64,000 nt of DNA from a virus, in IMG/VR virus record IMGVR_UViG_3300023174_000077, positions 1-64,000 of that record; one strand, given 5' to 3'. Within the stretch, counting starts at the first letter, position 1. Each line of letters starts with the position of its first letter. Below, in pieces: positions 18,308 to 29,172 of this stretch. Below the pieces are notes generated by a model. It did no database searches and was not told the origin of the DNA. It worked only from the letters and a program-made list of their open reading frames with translations. Made by a program: the position numbers and the translations under genes.

Positions 18308-20176
18308 ATGGTTATAAATATACTTACTCGTTGTTCTCGAACTAATAATTTAACTACAATTTATGAAACTATTAAAACGGATATAGTTAATGTTAAATGG
18401 TGGGTTTTATTTGATGTAAATTCTATTGAAACAATTCCAGTTTCTATATTACAATTTCTTAATTCTATTCAAGCAGAAATTCGTTATGGTAGTGGTGAGT
18501 CTAATAGTTGTGGTATGAATTTAATAAATGATGTATTAGATGAAATTGATAATGGATGGATTTATATTTTAGATGATGATAATTTAATTCATCCAAATTT
18601 TTATTCTTCTATTAATAAAATAGTTTTGGATAATTATGATAAAACTGCAATTATTTTTAATCAAAAAATAGGTGGAATTGATTTTTCAGGTTTAGATGTT
18701 CGTGAGGCAAAATCAGAAAATGTTAAAGTAGGTTCAATAGATTCTGCACAATATTTTTTACATAGAGATTTAATTTCTAAATCAAAATTTATTTTAGGTG
18801 ATTATAAATCAGATGGTTATTTTATTGTTGATTTATATGAAAAGAATAAAGATAAATTTATTTTTATAGAAGAGGAATTGTGTTATTATAATAAGATACA
18901 AAAATCTGGTATAAATTCATATCCAAGAATTTTAATTTTTGGAACTGAAGAAGAAATTAAATTACAATCTAAGCAAATGGCAGATTTTGAGGCTAAAGAT
19001 ATGAATTGTAAATTTTACAAAACAGATGATAATTTAATAAACATTATAAATAATTTTAATCCTGATGCAATTATAACTGTTGGGGATGATTATGGAAAGT
19101 TTCCTAATTTAGGAATGCAAGCATTAGATATTAGAAAAAGATGGTTACATGTAAATGAATTAAATGAATCTGTTGGTGAGATAGCGTATAATTGTGCTAA
19201 TTCTTATATTTTAGATCGATCTGATAAAAATACGCCATTAATTAGTTTTTTTACTCCTATTTATAATACAGGTGAAAAATTGTGGCGAACATATGAATCG
19301 GTTAGAAATCAAACTTATAATAATTGGGAGTGGATTTTAGTTAATGATTCAACTGATGAAGGTAAGACATTAAAAATTGCTGAACAAATTGCTGAGATTG
19401 ATTGTAGGGTTAAAGTATACGATTTCAAGAAAAAATCAGGTGGTATTGTTGGTGAATCAAAATATCGTGCTGCTTGTTTAAGTAGCGGTGATTATTTAAT
19501 GGAACTTGATCATGATGATTATTTAACAAATGAGGCTGCTTATTGGATGATGGAAGCTTTTAAGAAGTATCCTGATGCGAAATTTGTTTATTCTGATTGT
19601 GCTGAAATTTTTGAAAATCATGAATCTTTAACATATGGAGATGGGTTTGCTTTTGGTTATGGTACATATCGTGATGAAATTTGGAATGGTAGACTTTATA
19701 AAGCTATGAATACGGTTAATATAAATCCAAAAACAATTCGTCATATTGTTGGTGTTCCGAATCATTTTCGTGCTTGGGAGCGGAGGTTTTATCATTCAAT
19801 AGGTGGGCATAATAGAAGATTAACTATAGCGGATGATTATGAATTAATTGTTCGTACTTTTTTAAAGACGAGGATGGTTAGAATTCCAAAATTATTATAT
19901 TTACAATTTTATCATAATAATAACACACAAAATGCTACAAGAGCGGATATTCAAAGGCGTGTTAAATCAATTAAAGATTTTTATAATCAAAAAATATATG
20001 AAAGGTTTATAGAGTTAGGTGTAAAAGATTGGGCTTATGAAGAAAATCCGTGGGAGCCGTTATTATCAGAGAGTAAATTTGGTATAGATGAAAATTATGT
20101 TAATTATATTTTTGATAATAAGGTAGATGTGGATATAAATCATAATTATGCAAGTAATTTTGCTTATAGGATATAA
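18308..20176 (+). CDS. Two-domain family 2 glycosyltransferase
   Basis: WIYILDDDN domain plus ISFFTPIYNT...NDSTD...ELDHDD...ADDYEL domain. Confidence 0.85.
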   Translation: MVINILTRCSRTNNLTTIYETIKTDIVNVKWWVLFDVNSIETIPVSILQFLNSIQAEIRYGSGESNSCGMNLINDVLDEIDNGWIYILDDDNLIHPNFYSSINKIVLDNYDKTAIIFNQKIGGIDFSGLDVREAKSENVKVGSIDSAQYFLHRDLISKSKFILGDYKSDGYFIVDLYEKNKDKFIFIEEELCYYNKIQKSGINSYPRILIFGTEEEIKLQSKQMADFEAKDMNCKFYKTDDNLINIINNFNPDAIITVGDDYGKFPNLGMQALDIRKRWLHVNELNESVGEIAYNCANSYILDRSDKNTPLISFFTPIYNTGEKLWRTYESVRNQTYNNWEWILVNDSTDEGKTLKIAEQIAEIDCRVKVYDFKKKSGGIVGESKYRAACLSSGDYLMELDHDDYLTNEAAYWMMEAFKKYPDAKFVYSDCAEIFENHESLTYGDGFAFGYGTYRDEIWNGRLYKAMNTVNINPKTIRHIVGVPNHFRAWERRFYHSIGGHNRRLTIADDYELIVRTFLKTRMVRIPKLLYLQFYHNNNTQNATRADIQRRVKSIKDFYNQKIYERFIELGVKDWAYEENPWEPLLSESKFGIDENYVNYIFDNKVDVDINHNYASNFAYRI

Positions 20177-20206
20177 AATAAAAAAATCAGTTTTAAACTG
20201 ATTTTT

Positions 20207-21679
20207 TTATTTTATATATTGTGATATTTCGGAAGCTGTTTGATAATCACCTCTGTCTATTGCGGCATTTAATAAATCGTTAAGTTCTTTTTGTCGCATG
20301 TTAGCATAATCTGGTTTTTGTTCTATTTTAGGTTCTGATTTTGAAATAGGAGTTTCTTGTTTTGTTGCTTTTTGTTTTTCTTCCCATCTTTTCAAATCTT
20401 CTTCATATTTTTTTAAATCTTCTTCATATTTTCTTTTTTTAGCTTCATATTCAGCTTTTCTTCTTTTATTTTCATAATGGCTATGTAGTTTAGAAATTAT
20501 TAGTTTCAATATAGAATCTCTTTTTATTTTTGCTTCTTCTGATTTGTTTAGTATCATACGGAATAATTCTAAAAATTCATCTGCTGGTAATTTTAGCATA
20601 TAAATCCAAAATTGTTCTCTTATATTTGTATATTTGTCTAATATATCATCTGTTAATTTAGGACTTTCATTGACGAAATCTCTTAAATCAGCTGCAATCA
20701 TTGGACCCCATTTAAATTCTTCTGGTTCTTCTCTAATAGCATATCCTTTATTAAGGACTAATTTAGCCATTTGTTTTTCTTTTGGAAGTCCAATTATAGA
20801 AAGAACTAAATAAAGTCCTTTTATTGATTCGTGTATCAACATTGTAAAGTCAATACCTCTGGAAGTAATAACAGGGGTGAAATTATCACGAATATAACTT
20901 TCAGGTAATTTATTATCTTTTTGTATTTCTTCAGCTTCATCAAAATCACCATTTTTTAATGCTTTCATTAAAAGATAATTTACATCATTATCATTTTTAT
21001 CGTCATCATTCTCATCATTTTCTTCATCATCCATAAAAAGTGTATAGTCATCGAAGTCTTCATTTAAATCTTCATTTTTTTTCCAACTAATTTTACATGC
21101 TCCACCAACAGAACTTTTAACAAAAGAAGAATTCCATGGGCTATTTATTGATCTATTTATATCAATATAGTCAACTGATTTGACGATTTCTGTCCATAAA
21201 TTAATTAATTTTTTTCCTTTATCTTCTCCAAAAATATTATATATACCTTCTTTAAATTCTTCATTATGAAAAACATACATCATATTTTTTGCTTCACCTT
21301 GTCCAACTAAATTAATTAATTTTCTTTTATATTTTTCAGATTCAAGTGACTCTTTTATGTTCAAAAGGTTACCAATATTTCTTTGTTCAGCAAATTTTAT
21401 ATCAAATTTTATATTATATCTTTCGACTAAACCTTTATAGATATTAGTAAAAACTTTTTCTAAAAGTGTTTCTAATTCAATCTCATGCCCACGAACTGCT
21501 TGCGCAGAACCTTTTAAATCAAAAATACCTGGTCCTTGTTGTCTAATTTGTTCTTTTCTTTTAGCCCAAACTTTAGATAGATAATCTTCTTCATCTTCTT
21601 TGCGAGAAGGTTGCCCAGGAATACCTGGATTGCCATATATCCACTCTTCAGCTTCGTTAAATTTTTTAATCTTACGCAT
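20207..21679 (-). CDS. Hypothetical protein with N-terminal KKFNE motif, coiled coil and C-terminal UVR-like motif
   Basis: MRKIKKFNEA start; LNAAIDRGDYQTASEI end; HESIKG motif. Confidence 0.65.
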   Translation of the reverse strand: MRKIKKFNEAEEWIYGNPGIPGQPSRKEDEEDYLSKVWAKRKEQIRQQGPGIFDLKGSAQAVRGHEIELETLLEKVFTNIYKGLVERYNIKFDIKFAEQRNIGNLLNIKESLESEKYKRKLINLVGQGEAKNMMYVFHNEEFKEGIYNIFGEDKGKKLINLWTEIVKSVDYIDINRSINSPWNSSFVKSSVGGACKISWKKNEDLNEDFDDYTLFMDDEENDENDDDKNDNDVNYLLMKALKNGDFDEAEEIQKDNKLPESYIRDNFTPVITSRGIDFTMLIHESIKGLYLVLSIIGLPKEKQMAKLVLNKGYAIREEPEEFKWGPMIAADLRDFVNESPKLTDDILDKYTNIREQFWIYMLKLPADEFLELFRMILNKSEEAKIKRDSILKLIISKLHSHYENKRRKAEYEAKKRKYEEDLKKYEEDLKRWEEKQKATKQETPISKSEPKIEQKPDYANMRQKELNDLLNAAIDRGDYQTASEISQYIK

Positions 21680-21923
21680 CTTTTAAATCTTTATATTTTT
21701 TAATAACTTTATTAATTAATTTAGATTCTCTTTTTTTACGAGCTTGAGGATCAGGATCTTCTTCTGGTCTTACTATTTGATACTCATCGGGTTCTTCTGG
21801 TAAATATTCGGGTTCTTCTGGAGCAACTGGACGCTCTGGTTTAGTATCAGGTTTTATTTCTGGCTCAGAAGGTAAAACTTTTGGATTTGCGACAAATTCT
21901 TCGTATAATTTAAGGCGTTTCAT
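21672..21923 (-). CDS. Small Pro/Glu-rich protein with an MKRLKLYEEF motif
   Basis: ORF track; late motif upstream. Confidence 0.7.
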   Translation of the reverse strand: MKRLKLYEEFVANPKVLPSEPEIKPDTKPERPVAPEEPEYLPEEPDEYQIVRPEEDPDPQARKKRESKLINKVIKKYKDLKDA

Positions 21924-21951
21924 AAATATATAATTTTTAATATATTATATA

Positions 21952-23445
21952 TTATTTATCGTCTTTGAAAAAAGTCCAATCAGTTACGAGTCCTAAATAA
22001 TGTTTTGCTCTTGTATAAGCCACATATTCTAAATTTTTTTCTTGTTCTTTTTGCCAAGGAAGTTTAGAAAATTTAGAAGGAAGTGTTTTCTCTTTATCGA
22101 TAATAAAAACTCTATTTGATTCTAAACCTTTTGCTTTGTGAATAGTTGATAAACAAATGCCGGTTGAGTTATCCAAAAATACTTGTCTAATTTTTATAAT
22201 TAAATCTTCGCATAAAGTAATATTTTCATTAGTGATTATTGTAGTTATTAATAACCATTTTTCATAAAATATAACAAATGAATTATGTGCTTTTATTTCT
22301 GTATCATCTAAATAAGGATATTGTTTTTTTAGTTTATAAATTAATTTTTTTATTTCATAATCTAACCATTTTTTTAATTCAGTTGTTGTTTTAGTTGAAG
22401 ATTTTACAACTAAACGAATTAAATCTTCGCCAATATCAGTTCCTTTTACATATGCTTTTTTTGAATTATGTAAAAATTCTAAACATAATTTAACCAAAGG
22501 CGCTGTATTTCTACACAATACCATATCACTATCTTTTATATCATTAATAGAGGCGTTTGTATCGATAACGCCTTCGGGTGCATTATCATGCGCAAGTATT
22601 TGATTTACAAAGTTTTTGGCTAAATTGATAATTTTAGAGCCACAGCGATAATTAACAGATAATGGTAATAATTGAGTATTTGGCATTTTAGTTAAATTAT
22701 CAAAACTTTGTACATCAGCGCCAGCAAATCCATAAATTGCTTGATTTTTATCACCAACAGCAATTATTCGGCTATTTTGATGGCAAAGTTTTTCAATTAA
22801 TTTATGTTGTGTTTTATTTAAGTCTTGGCATTCATCAACGAATATAAAATCATATTTTTCAAGTTGAAAATGGTTATATTTGGCTGGCCAATAAATCATA
22901 TCTGTAAAATCAAATTTAGATATATCATTAGAAGCATCGGTTATTATTTTTAAAGCTCTTTCAACTTCTTGGTTTAATGTATCAATTCCATGTTTATAAC
23001 ATAAATCTTTTAATAGATCTGGTTCGAGACACATTGATAATCTGGCTAAATCAATAATTTTTTTAATTCTAACTCTATAATCGCCATCTATTTTTGTTTT
23101 ATCCATTAATGACCATCTTGGCGAAAGGTTATTAATATATTCAAACATTTTGTTATCATCCAATACTGCTTTTGTTTTGTATGCTTTATAGATTGCGGAT
23201 GCTCCTAAGGAATGGAAAGTTTTAACAACAACATTTGGTGGAACTTTTTGCTGTATTTCGGTAACTATTGATTTGTTGAATGCTAAAAATATAACTGATT
23301 TATCTTCTGGTATGAATTTGAGTGAACCAATTATTGTGGTAGTTTTACCAGATCCAGCAACGGCATTAATAACGGCATTGCCAGAACCATTTTTAATAAA
23401 ATCGAAGATATCAATTTGAAAAGGAGAAGGTACAAGTTTACTCAT
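21952..23445 (-). CDS. UvrD/Rep-family SF1 helicase
   Basis: AVAGSGKTT, VDECQD, VGDKNQAIYGFAGA, TIHKAKGLE and YVAYTRAK motifs. Confidence 0.9.
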   Translation of the reverse strand: MSKLVPSPFQIDIFDFIKNGSGNAVINAVAGSGKTTTIIGSLKFIPEDKSVIFLAFNKSIVTEIQQKVPPNVVVKTFHSLGASAIYKAYKTKAVLDDNKMFEYINNLSPRWSLMDKTKIDGDYRVRIKKIIDLARLSMCLEPDLLKDLCYKHGIDTLNQEVERALKIITDASNDISKFDFTDMIYWPAKYNHFQLEKYDFIFVDECQDLNKTQHKLIEKLCHQNSRIIAVGDKNQAIYGFAGADVQSFDNLTKMPNTQLLPLSVNYRCGSKIINLAKNFVNQILAHDNAPEGVIDTNASINDIKDSDMVLCRNTAPLVKLCLEFLHNSKKAYVKGTDIGEDLIRLVVKSSTKTTTELKKWLDYEIKKLIYKLKKQYPYLDDTEIKAHNSFVIFYEKWLLITTIITNENITLCEDLIIKIRQVFLDNSTGICLSTIHKAKGLESNRVFIIDKEKTLPSKFSKLPWQKEQEKNLEYVAYTRAKHYLGLVTDWTFFKDDK

Positions 23446-23491
23446 AATCTTTATATTATAAAAAGATTAAGTGTTTAATGCGATTTTTAAG

Positions 23492-23968
23492 TTATTTTTT
23501 AATTTTATTTTGATAAAATATAATTTTATTAATACAATTTGAAAAAAGCCATGATTCTTGTGTTGGTAATTTAGTTAAAAAATCATATTCATACATATAG
23601 CATTCTAATTCTTCTTGATTTTCGGTTAATATAGAATTTTTTTCAAAAAAATATAAATGATGTGATTCATGTACTAAAACAGCCGCTAAATTATTAATTG
23701 AATTTAATTTCATATCTCTGTTAGTGATAACTATTGTTTTTGGCGGAACTGTTGTTGAAAAGTTGGCATAAGAGAAATCGATAGTATCACAATTATCAAT
23801 CAATTGATTATATTTATCCATATCAGTTTGTTTGATTAGATTAATTGCTGAATCTATCTTTTCTTTCCATTCTTCACCAACATTGGCCACATAAATTACT
23901 TTATTTTTTGTTGCAGAATTGAATAAAATAAGAATTGATAATAAAATTATTGTAATTTTGTTATACAT
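23492..23968 (-). CDS. Secreted/membrane-anchored HExxH zinc metallopeptidase-like protein
   Basis: N-terminal hydrophobic segment; VLVHESHH...EE..CY. Confidence 0.6.
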   Translation of the reverse strand: MYNKITIILLSILILFNSATKNKVIYVANVGEEWKEKIDSAINLIKQTDMDKYNQLIDNCDTIDFSYANFSTTVPPKTIVITNRDMKLNSINNLAAVLVHESHHLYFFEKNSILTENQEELECYMYEYDFLTKLPTQESWLFSNCINKIIFYQNKIKK

Positions 23969-24402
23969 TCTTCAATAGCTTTTTTTATTGCTGATGAAAC
24001 CGTTGTTTTTGAAAATGGAATGCCAGCATCAGTTAATTCAATCATAGTTGCCCTTACTTCTGTTTCGGATTCACCTATTCCTTGATAAATTTTATCTTCA
24101 TAATATAGTTTAACACCAACTTGTGTAATTTGATCTGTTTTTTCAACACCAATAATTCTTAAAGATTTTTTTGGAATTCCAAAATAAAATACTTCAATTT
24201 TGATTGATTTGCCGTCATCTGAAAGACAAAATTTATTAGATAACATATCTTCCGCCATTTGTTTAATACCAAAGCGAACATCACGGCTACCAAGTTCTCT
24301 GACTTTAGCTGTGTTCCAAACTGAATCTACTTTAACACAAGTTTCTTGTGCGAAAAGTGTGGTTGTTGTTAAGATTAAAAAGGTTGTTAATAGTTTTTTC
24401 AT
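23947..24402 (-). CDS. Exported protein, short CsgG-like paralogue
   Basis: Signal peptide; GIGES...FSKTTVSSAIKKAIE resembles GLGEA...FNQSTIGITTKKALE of 27549-28271. Confidence 0.55.
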   Translation of the reverse strand: MKKLLTTFLILTTTTLFAQETCVKVDSVWNTAKVRELGSRDVRFGIKQMAEDMLSNKFCLSDDGKSIKIEVFYFGIPKKSLRIIGVEKTDQITQVGVKLYYEDKIYQGIGESETEVRATMIELTDAGIPFSKTTVSSAIKKAIEECITKLQ

Positions 24403-24404
24403 AG

Positions 24405-26158
24405 TTAATAAGATACTTTTTGTGAATAGCCTGGTGCTATAATATAATAATCTGCTGTACCACCTGTGGTAATACTAGGCAGAGTTATTGATGTGACACC
24501 TGGATAAGTTGTTTTTAAATTAGAAGTTGAGGTTGATATTGATGAAAATTGTGTTGGAGTAAATAATCTAGCAATAAAAGAATTGATCCAGTTAGAGAAT
24601 AAACCAGATTTTTTTGCTGCTATATTAAATAAATCAGAAATAGTAATTTTTGAATCATTATTCAAATCATACATATAATAATGTTTTCCGTTAAATATGG
24701 TTTTTCGTAAAATAACATCAGAAGCTTTTGTTAAATCAGTAGTGGTTAAAGTTGAGACTGGATTAACAACATCTAATTGTAATTGCCAATCAATTGAAGG
24801 ATTTGTTTGTACACTTATTGTATATAAACCATTTGTGTCTGTATAATAGGTGTTATATAATGACCAATTAGTATATGTTATAACAGAATCAAATTCTAAT
24901 ACATAATTTAAGTTAACTGTATTTGGTAAATCATTCCATAAACCACTGCTGACAAATTGAATAAAATCTTCGCCACCAGAATTATTAGGTTCTCCTCCAT
25001 GCCAATTTGAGTATGGATAAATACCATAACGAAAAGCTGAACCCATATAATTTCTATTCATTTGATCTGTTGTTAAAACATTATTATGAATTGATAAATC
25101 ACCAAGACGAAATGAGCCATAAGCACCAGAACCCATATTTGTTGCATCAGCAAGCCCAAGAGCAAAACATTCACCTCCGCCTCCTGCAACATATGGCAGT
25201 GCTCTATTAAAATTAATAGAGTTAAAATTAACACCATCTAGATAACCACGAAGAGTAGTTCCATCATATGTAAGTCCAACACAATGCCAAGCATTTAGTG
25301 TAATGGATGAAGTTACTTTTGTAATACCACCGCCATTCCAAAATCCAATATTTAATGTATTTGAGCCTGTAATTTCAATGACTGATTCATGCCATCCAGA
25401 AGATGTTGATGCTACTGATAATTCGTCTAAAATAACACCATTGCCTGTCGGATAGACCCACATTTGTATGCTTATATTTGGTGAAGTTCCAAATTTTGAG
25501 GCTAAATTAGATATAAGTGCATAATTATTTATTCCATTAAATGTTAAATATTTTCCTCCAGTTGAACTATAAGCTGGCGAATTATATAGGGTGGCGTTTG
25601 CATTTCCTTTAATATCGGTAATAGTAGTTCCTGTTCCTGGATAAGATACAGAATTCCATATTCTCATATTAGTTCCTTGCATTCCAACCCCAGGTGTAGC
25701 AGAAGTATCGTTTGTTACATGTGATATATTATACCAAAGTACTTGTCCTGTATTATAATAATTTTCTGTCCATCTCCATCCGCCATTTGCTTCAGAGTAA
25801 AAAGCACCATTTTTATCTTGGTAATAGCCTATCCAACCAGATGGCCATGTTGAATATACAAAATTATTTTCAGCGGCATTTGAAATTGTAACAAGGTGTC
25901 CACCCATTGCGGCGCAATTGTTTTGTGCTGTTGCCCAATAAGCAGTAGTTGTTGAGCGGTAATAAGAATGGTTATTATAATTTGTTTGTGATGTAAATCC
26001 TGTAAGATTTGGTGTCGTTCTTTGATATAATTTTATAGGAAAATGATTAGCACCACTGCCATCAGCGTTATAAATATGTCCAGAATATGTAAATGTTGTA
26101 GTTTGTGCGAACATACATATATGGATTAATAAAGTTATGATAGACAATATAATTTTTC

Positions 26159-26162
<4 letters not shown>
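24405..26162 (-). CDS. Exported C-type lectin + LamG + dockerin-like protein
   Basis: Signal peptide; CAAMGGHLVTI..AAEN, WIG, EPNN and WND lectin motifs; WHCVGLTYDG LamG motif; DLNNDSKITISD dockerin loop. Confidence 0.8.
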
Positions 26163-27547
<1,385 letters not shown>

Positions 27548-27548
27548 T

Positions 27549-28271
27549 TTAAGATTTAAAAATTCCTTTTTTAATCATTCTTGAAACGATTCTTGATGCA
27601 GCTGTTTCAAGAGCTTTTTTAGTTGTTATACCAATTGTAGATTGGTTAAATTTAATTTCTGAATCATCAACACCATCAAGAATTGAAACTTTTTTGATTG
27701 TAGATGCTTCACCAAGTCCAGAACCAACTAGCATTTCATTTGTTTCAGCGTCTACAAATTTAACTTGCAAACCTAATCTTGTTGTTTGTGTTGTTTTAGA
27801 TTCTCCATTTATTTTAACAACTTCATCATCTGATACTGAAAAATCATAAACTTCTATATATACAAAGTATTTAGCAAGTTTAATTTTTCCTCTACCATCT
27901 ATTTTATTTTCTGTAAATCCTTTATCTGAAGCTTTAAATTGTTGAACCATTCTTTCTTTGATTTCTAATTTATCTTCTGTAAAAACAAAGCGGTTTGTCA
28001 TTTCTAAGAATTCAATAACAATGTTGGTAACACCAAGTCCAACTCTTTTGTCTTTTAATTCAGGATACATTTCATAAAGTTCAGCATTAATACCAACTTT
28101 TAATAATTGTACTGGAATTTTAATAGTATCATTATAGTCTGAAACAACATCTATGGATTGTTCTGTTTCAAACTTAGCTTTGTATTGCTCAGTTTTGACG
28201 GAACCGACATTCTGAGCAATACAAAGAGTTGATAATAAAATTGAGGTTATTAAAGTAAAAAACTTTTTCAT
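27549..28271 (-). CDS. CsgG/HfaB-like (curli secretion channel family) protein
   Basis: Signal peptide; GVTNIVIEFLEMTNRF, YDFS and LQVKFVDAETNE motifs. Confidence 0.7.
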   Translation of the reverse strand: MKKFFTLITSILLSTLCIAQNVGSVKTEQYKAKFETEQSIDVVSDYNDTIKIPVQLLKVGINAELYEMYPELKDKRVGLGVTNIVIEFLEMTNRFVFTEDKLEIKERMVQQFKASDKGFTENKIDGRGKIKLAKYFVYIEVYDFSVSDDEVVKINGESKTTQTTRLGLQVKFVDAETNEMLVGSGLGEASTIKKVSILDGVDDSEIKFNQSTIGITTKKALETAASRIVSRMIKKGIFKS

Positions 28272-28416
28272 ATTGATTAATTTTCTTCTTCGGAATTATC
28301 ATTTGAATCATTATTTGAATCTTCTGGTAATTCTTCAATTTGTGTTTCTTTTTTTGACTTTGAATAAGTTTTTTTAATTTTTTCAATTACTTGATTTGAT
28401 TCAAGAATTGGATCAA

Positions 28417-28809
28417 TTAATTTTTTTTTTCTTCTTCATCATCTGATGCATTAGGATCGCCTAAAATATTGTATTTTGCAGTTCCTTTTGCGTCATCTTC
28501 TTCGTCCATTTTTTGAACCATTAATTTATCTCTGTCTTCATTAGAGAACCAGAAATCAATAACTTTATTTAAGTTACCAACAAAGGCACCTAATAAAATT
28601 AATAACATTTCTTTCCAAGATTCTTGAATAGTTGCTTTGAACATTATTGACATTACAATACCAAAAATTATGAAAAAGAATGTTAATAATACTATCAAAG
28701 TTATTTTCCATCTATTGGCATGCATTGTTTGTAACATGTAAAAAAACCTTTGTGAGTTTTCTACATTTTCTACTTCTGCTTTTCCGCTAAAAAATTGTTT
28801 TAATCCCAT
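28417..28809 (-). CDS. Two-TM membrane protein; may extend to 28277 via a -1 shift at an A10 run
   Basis: Hydrophobic segments; LLGAFVGNLNKVIDFWF motif. Confidence 0.75.
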   Translation of the reverse strand: MGLKQFFSGKAEVENVENSQRFFYMLQTMHANRWKITLIVLLTFFFIIFGIVMSIMFKATIQESWKEMLLILLGAFVGNLNKVIDFWFSNEDRDKLMVQKMDEEDDAKGTAKYNILGDPNASDDEEEKKN

Positions 28810-28831
28810 TTTTAATAATTATTTTTATTGT

Positions 28832-29161
28832 TTACCATGGAGCATCTTTTGCTTCATCTTTTTTCTTTTCAGCTGGTTTTTCAGCTGGTTTAGAACTTGC
28901 ATTTGAATTAGACGTAGCATTAGATTGTTGCTTTTGTTGGTTAGTGTTGTTATTAGATAAATTAATAACTACTGGAGCTGCTGCTGGAGCGGCTACTTGT
29001 GTTTTTGGTTCTTCTTTTGATTCTTCATGGTGCCCTCCTAAAAGAGTTGATAACCAAACACCACCGGCAGTAACTGCTGTGCCTATTGTACCTACAATAG
29101 TTTTTTTCAAACCTGACCAAGTACCGTCATTTGTTTCTGGAGCTTTTGTTTCTTCTGACAT
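28832..29161 (-). CDS. Single-TM low-complexity protein
   Basis: ORF track; TM segment, then A/P/N/Q-rich tail ending in PW. Confidence 0.7.
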   Translation of the reverse strand: MSEETKAPETNDGTWSGLKKTIVGTIGTAVTAGGVWLSTLLGGHHEESKEEPKTQVAAPAAAPVVINLSNNNTNQQKQQSNATSNSNASSKPAEKPAEKKKDEAKDAPW

Positions 29162-29172
29162 AAACTTTATTT

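Noticed and set aside
28189-28386. 65-aa minus-strand ORF in the track
   Set aside because: Overlaps the CsgG-like gene out of frame; the region is better explained by the -1 extension of 28417-28809
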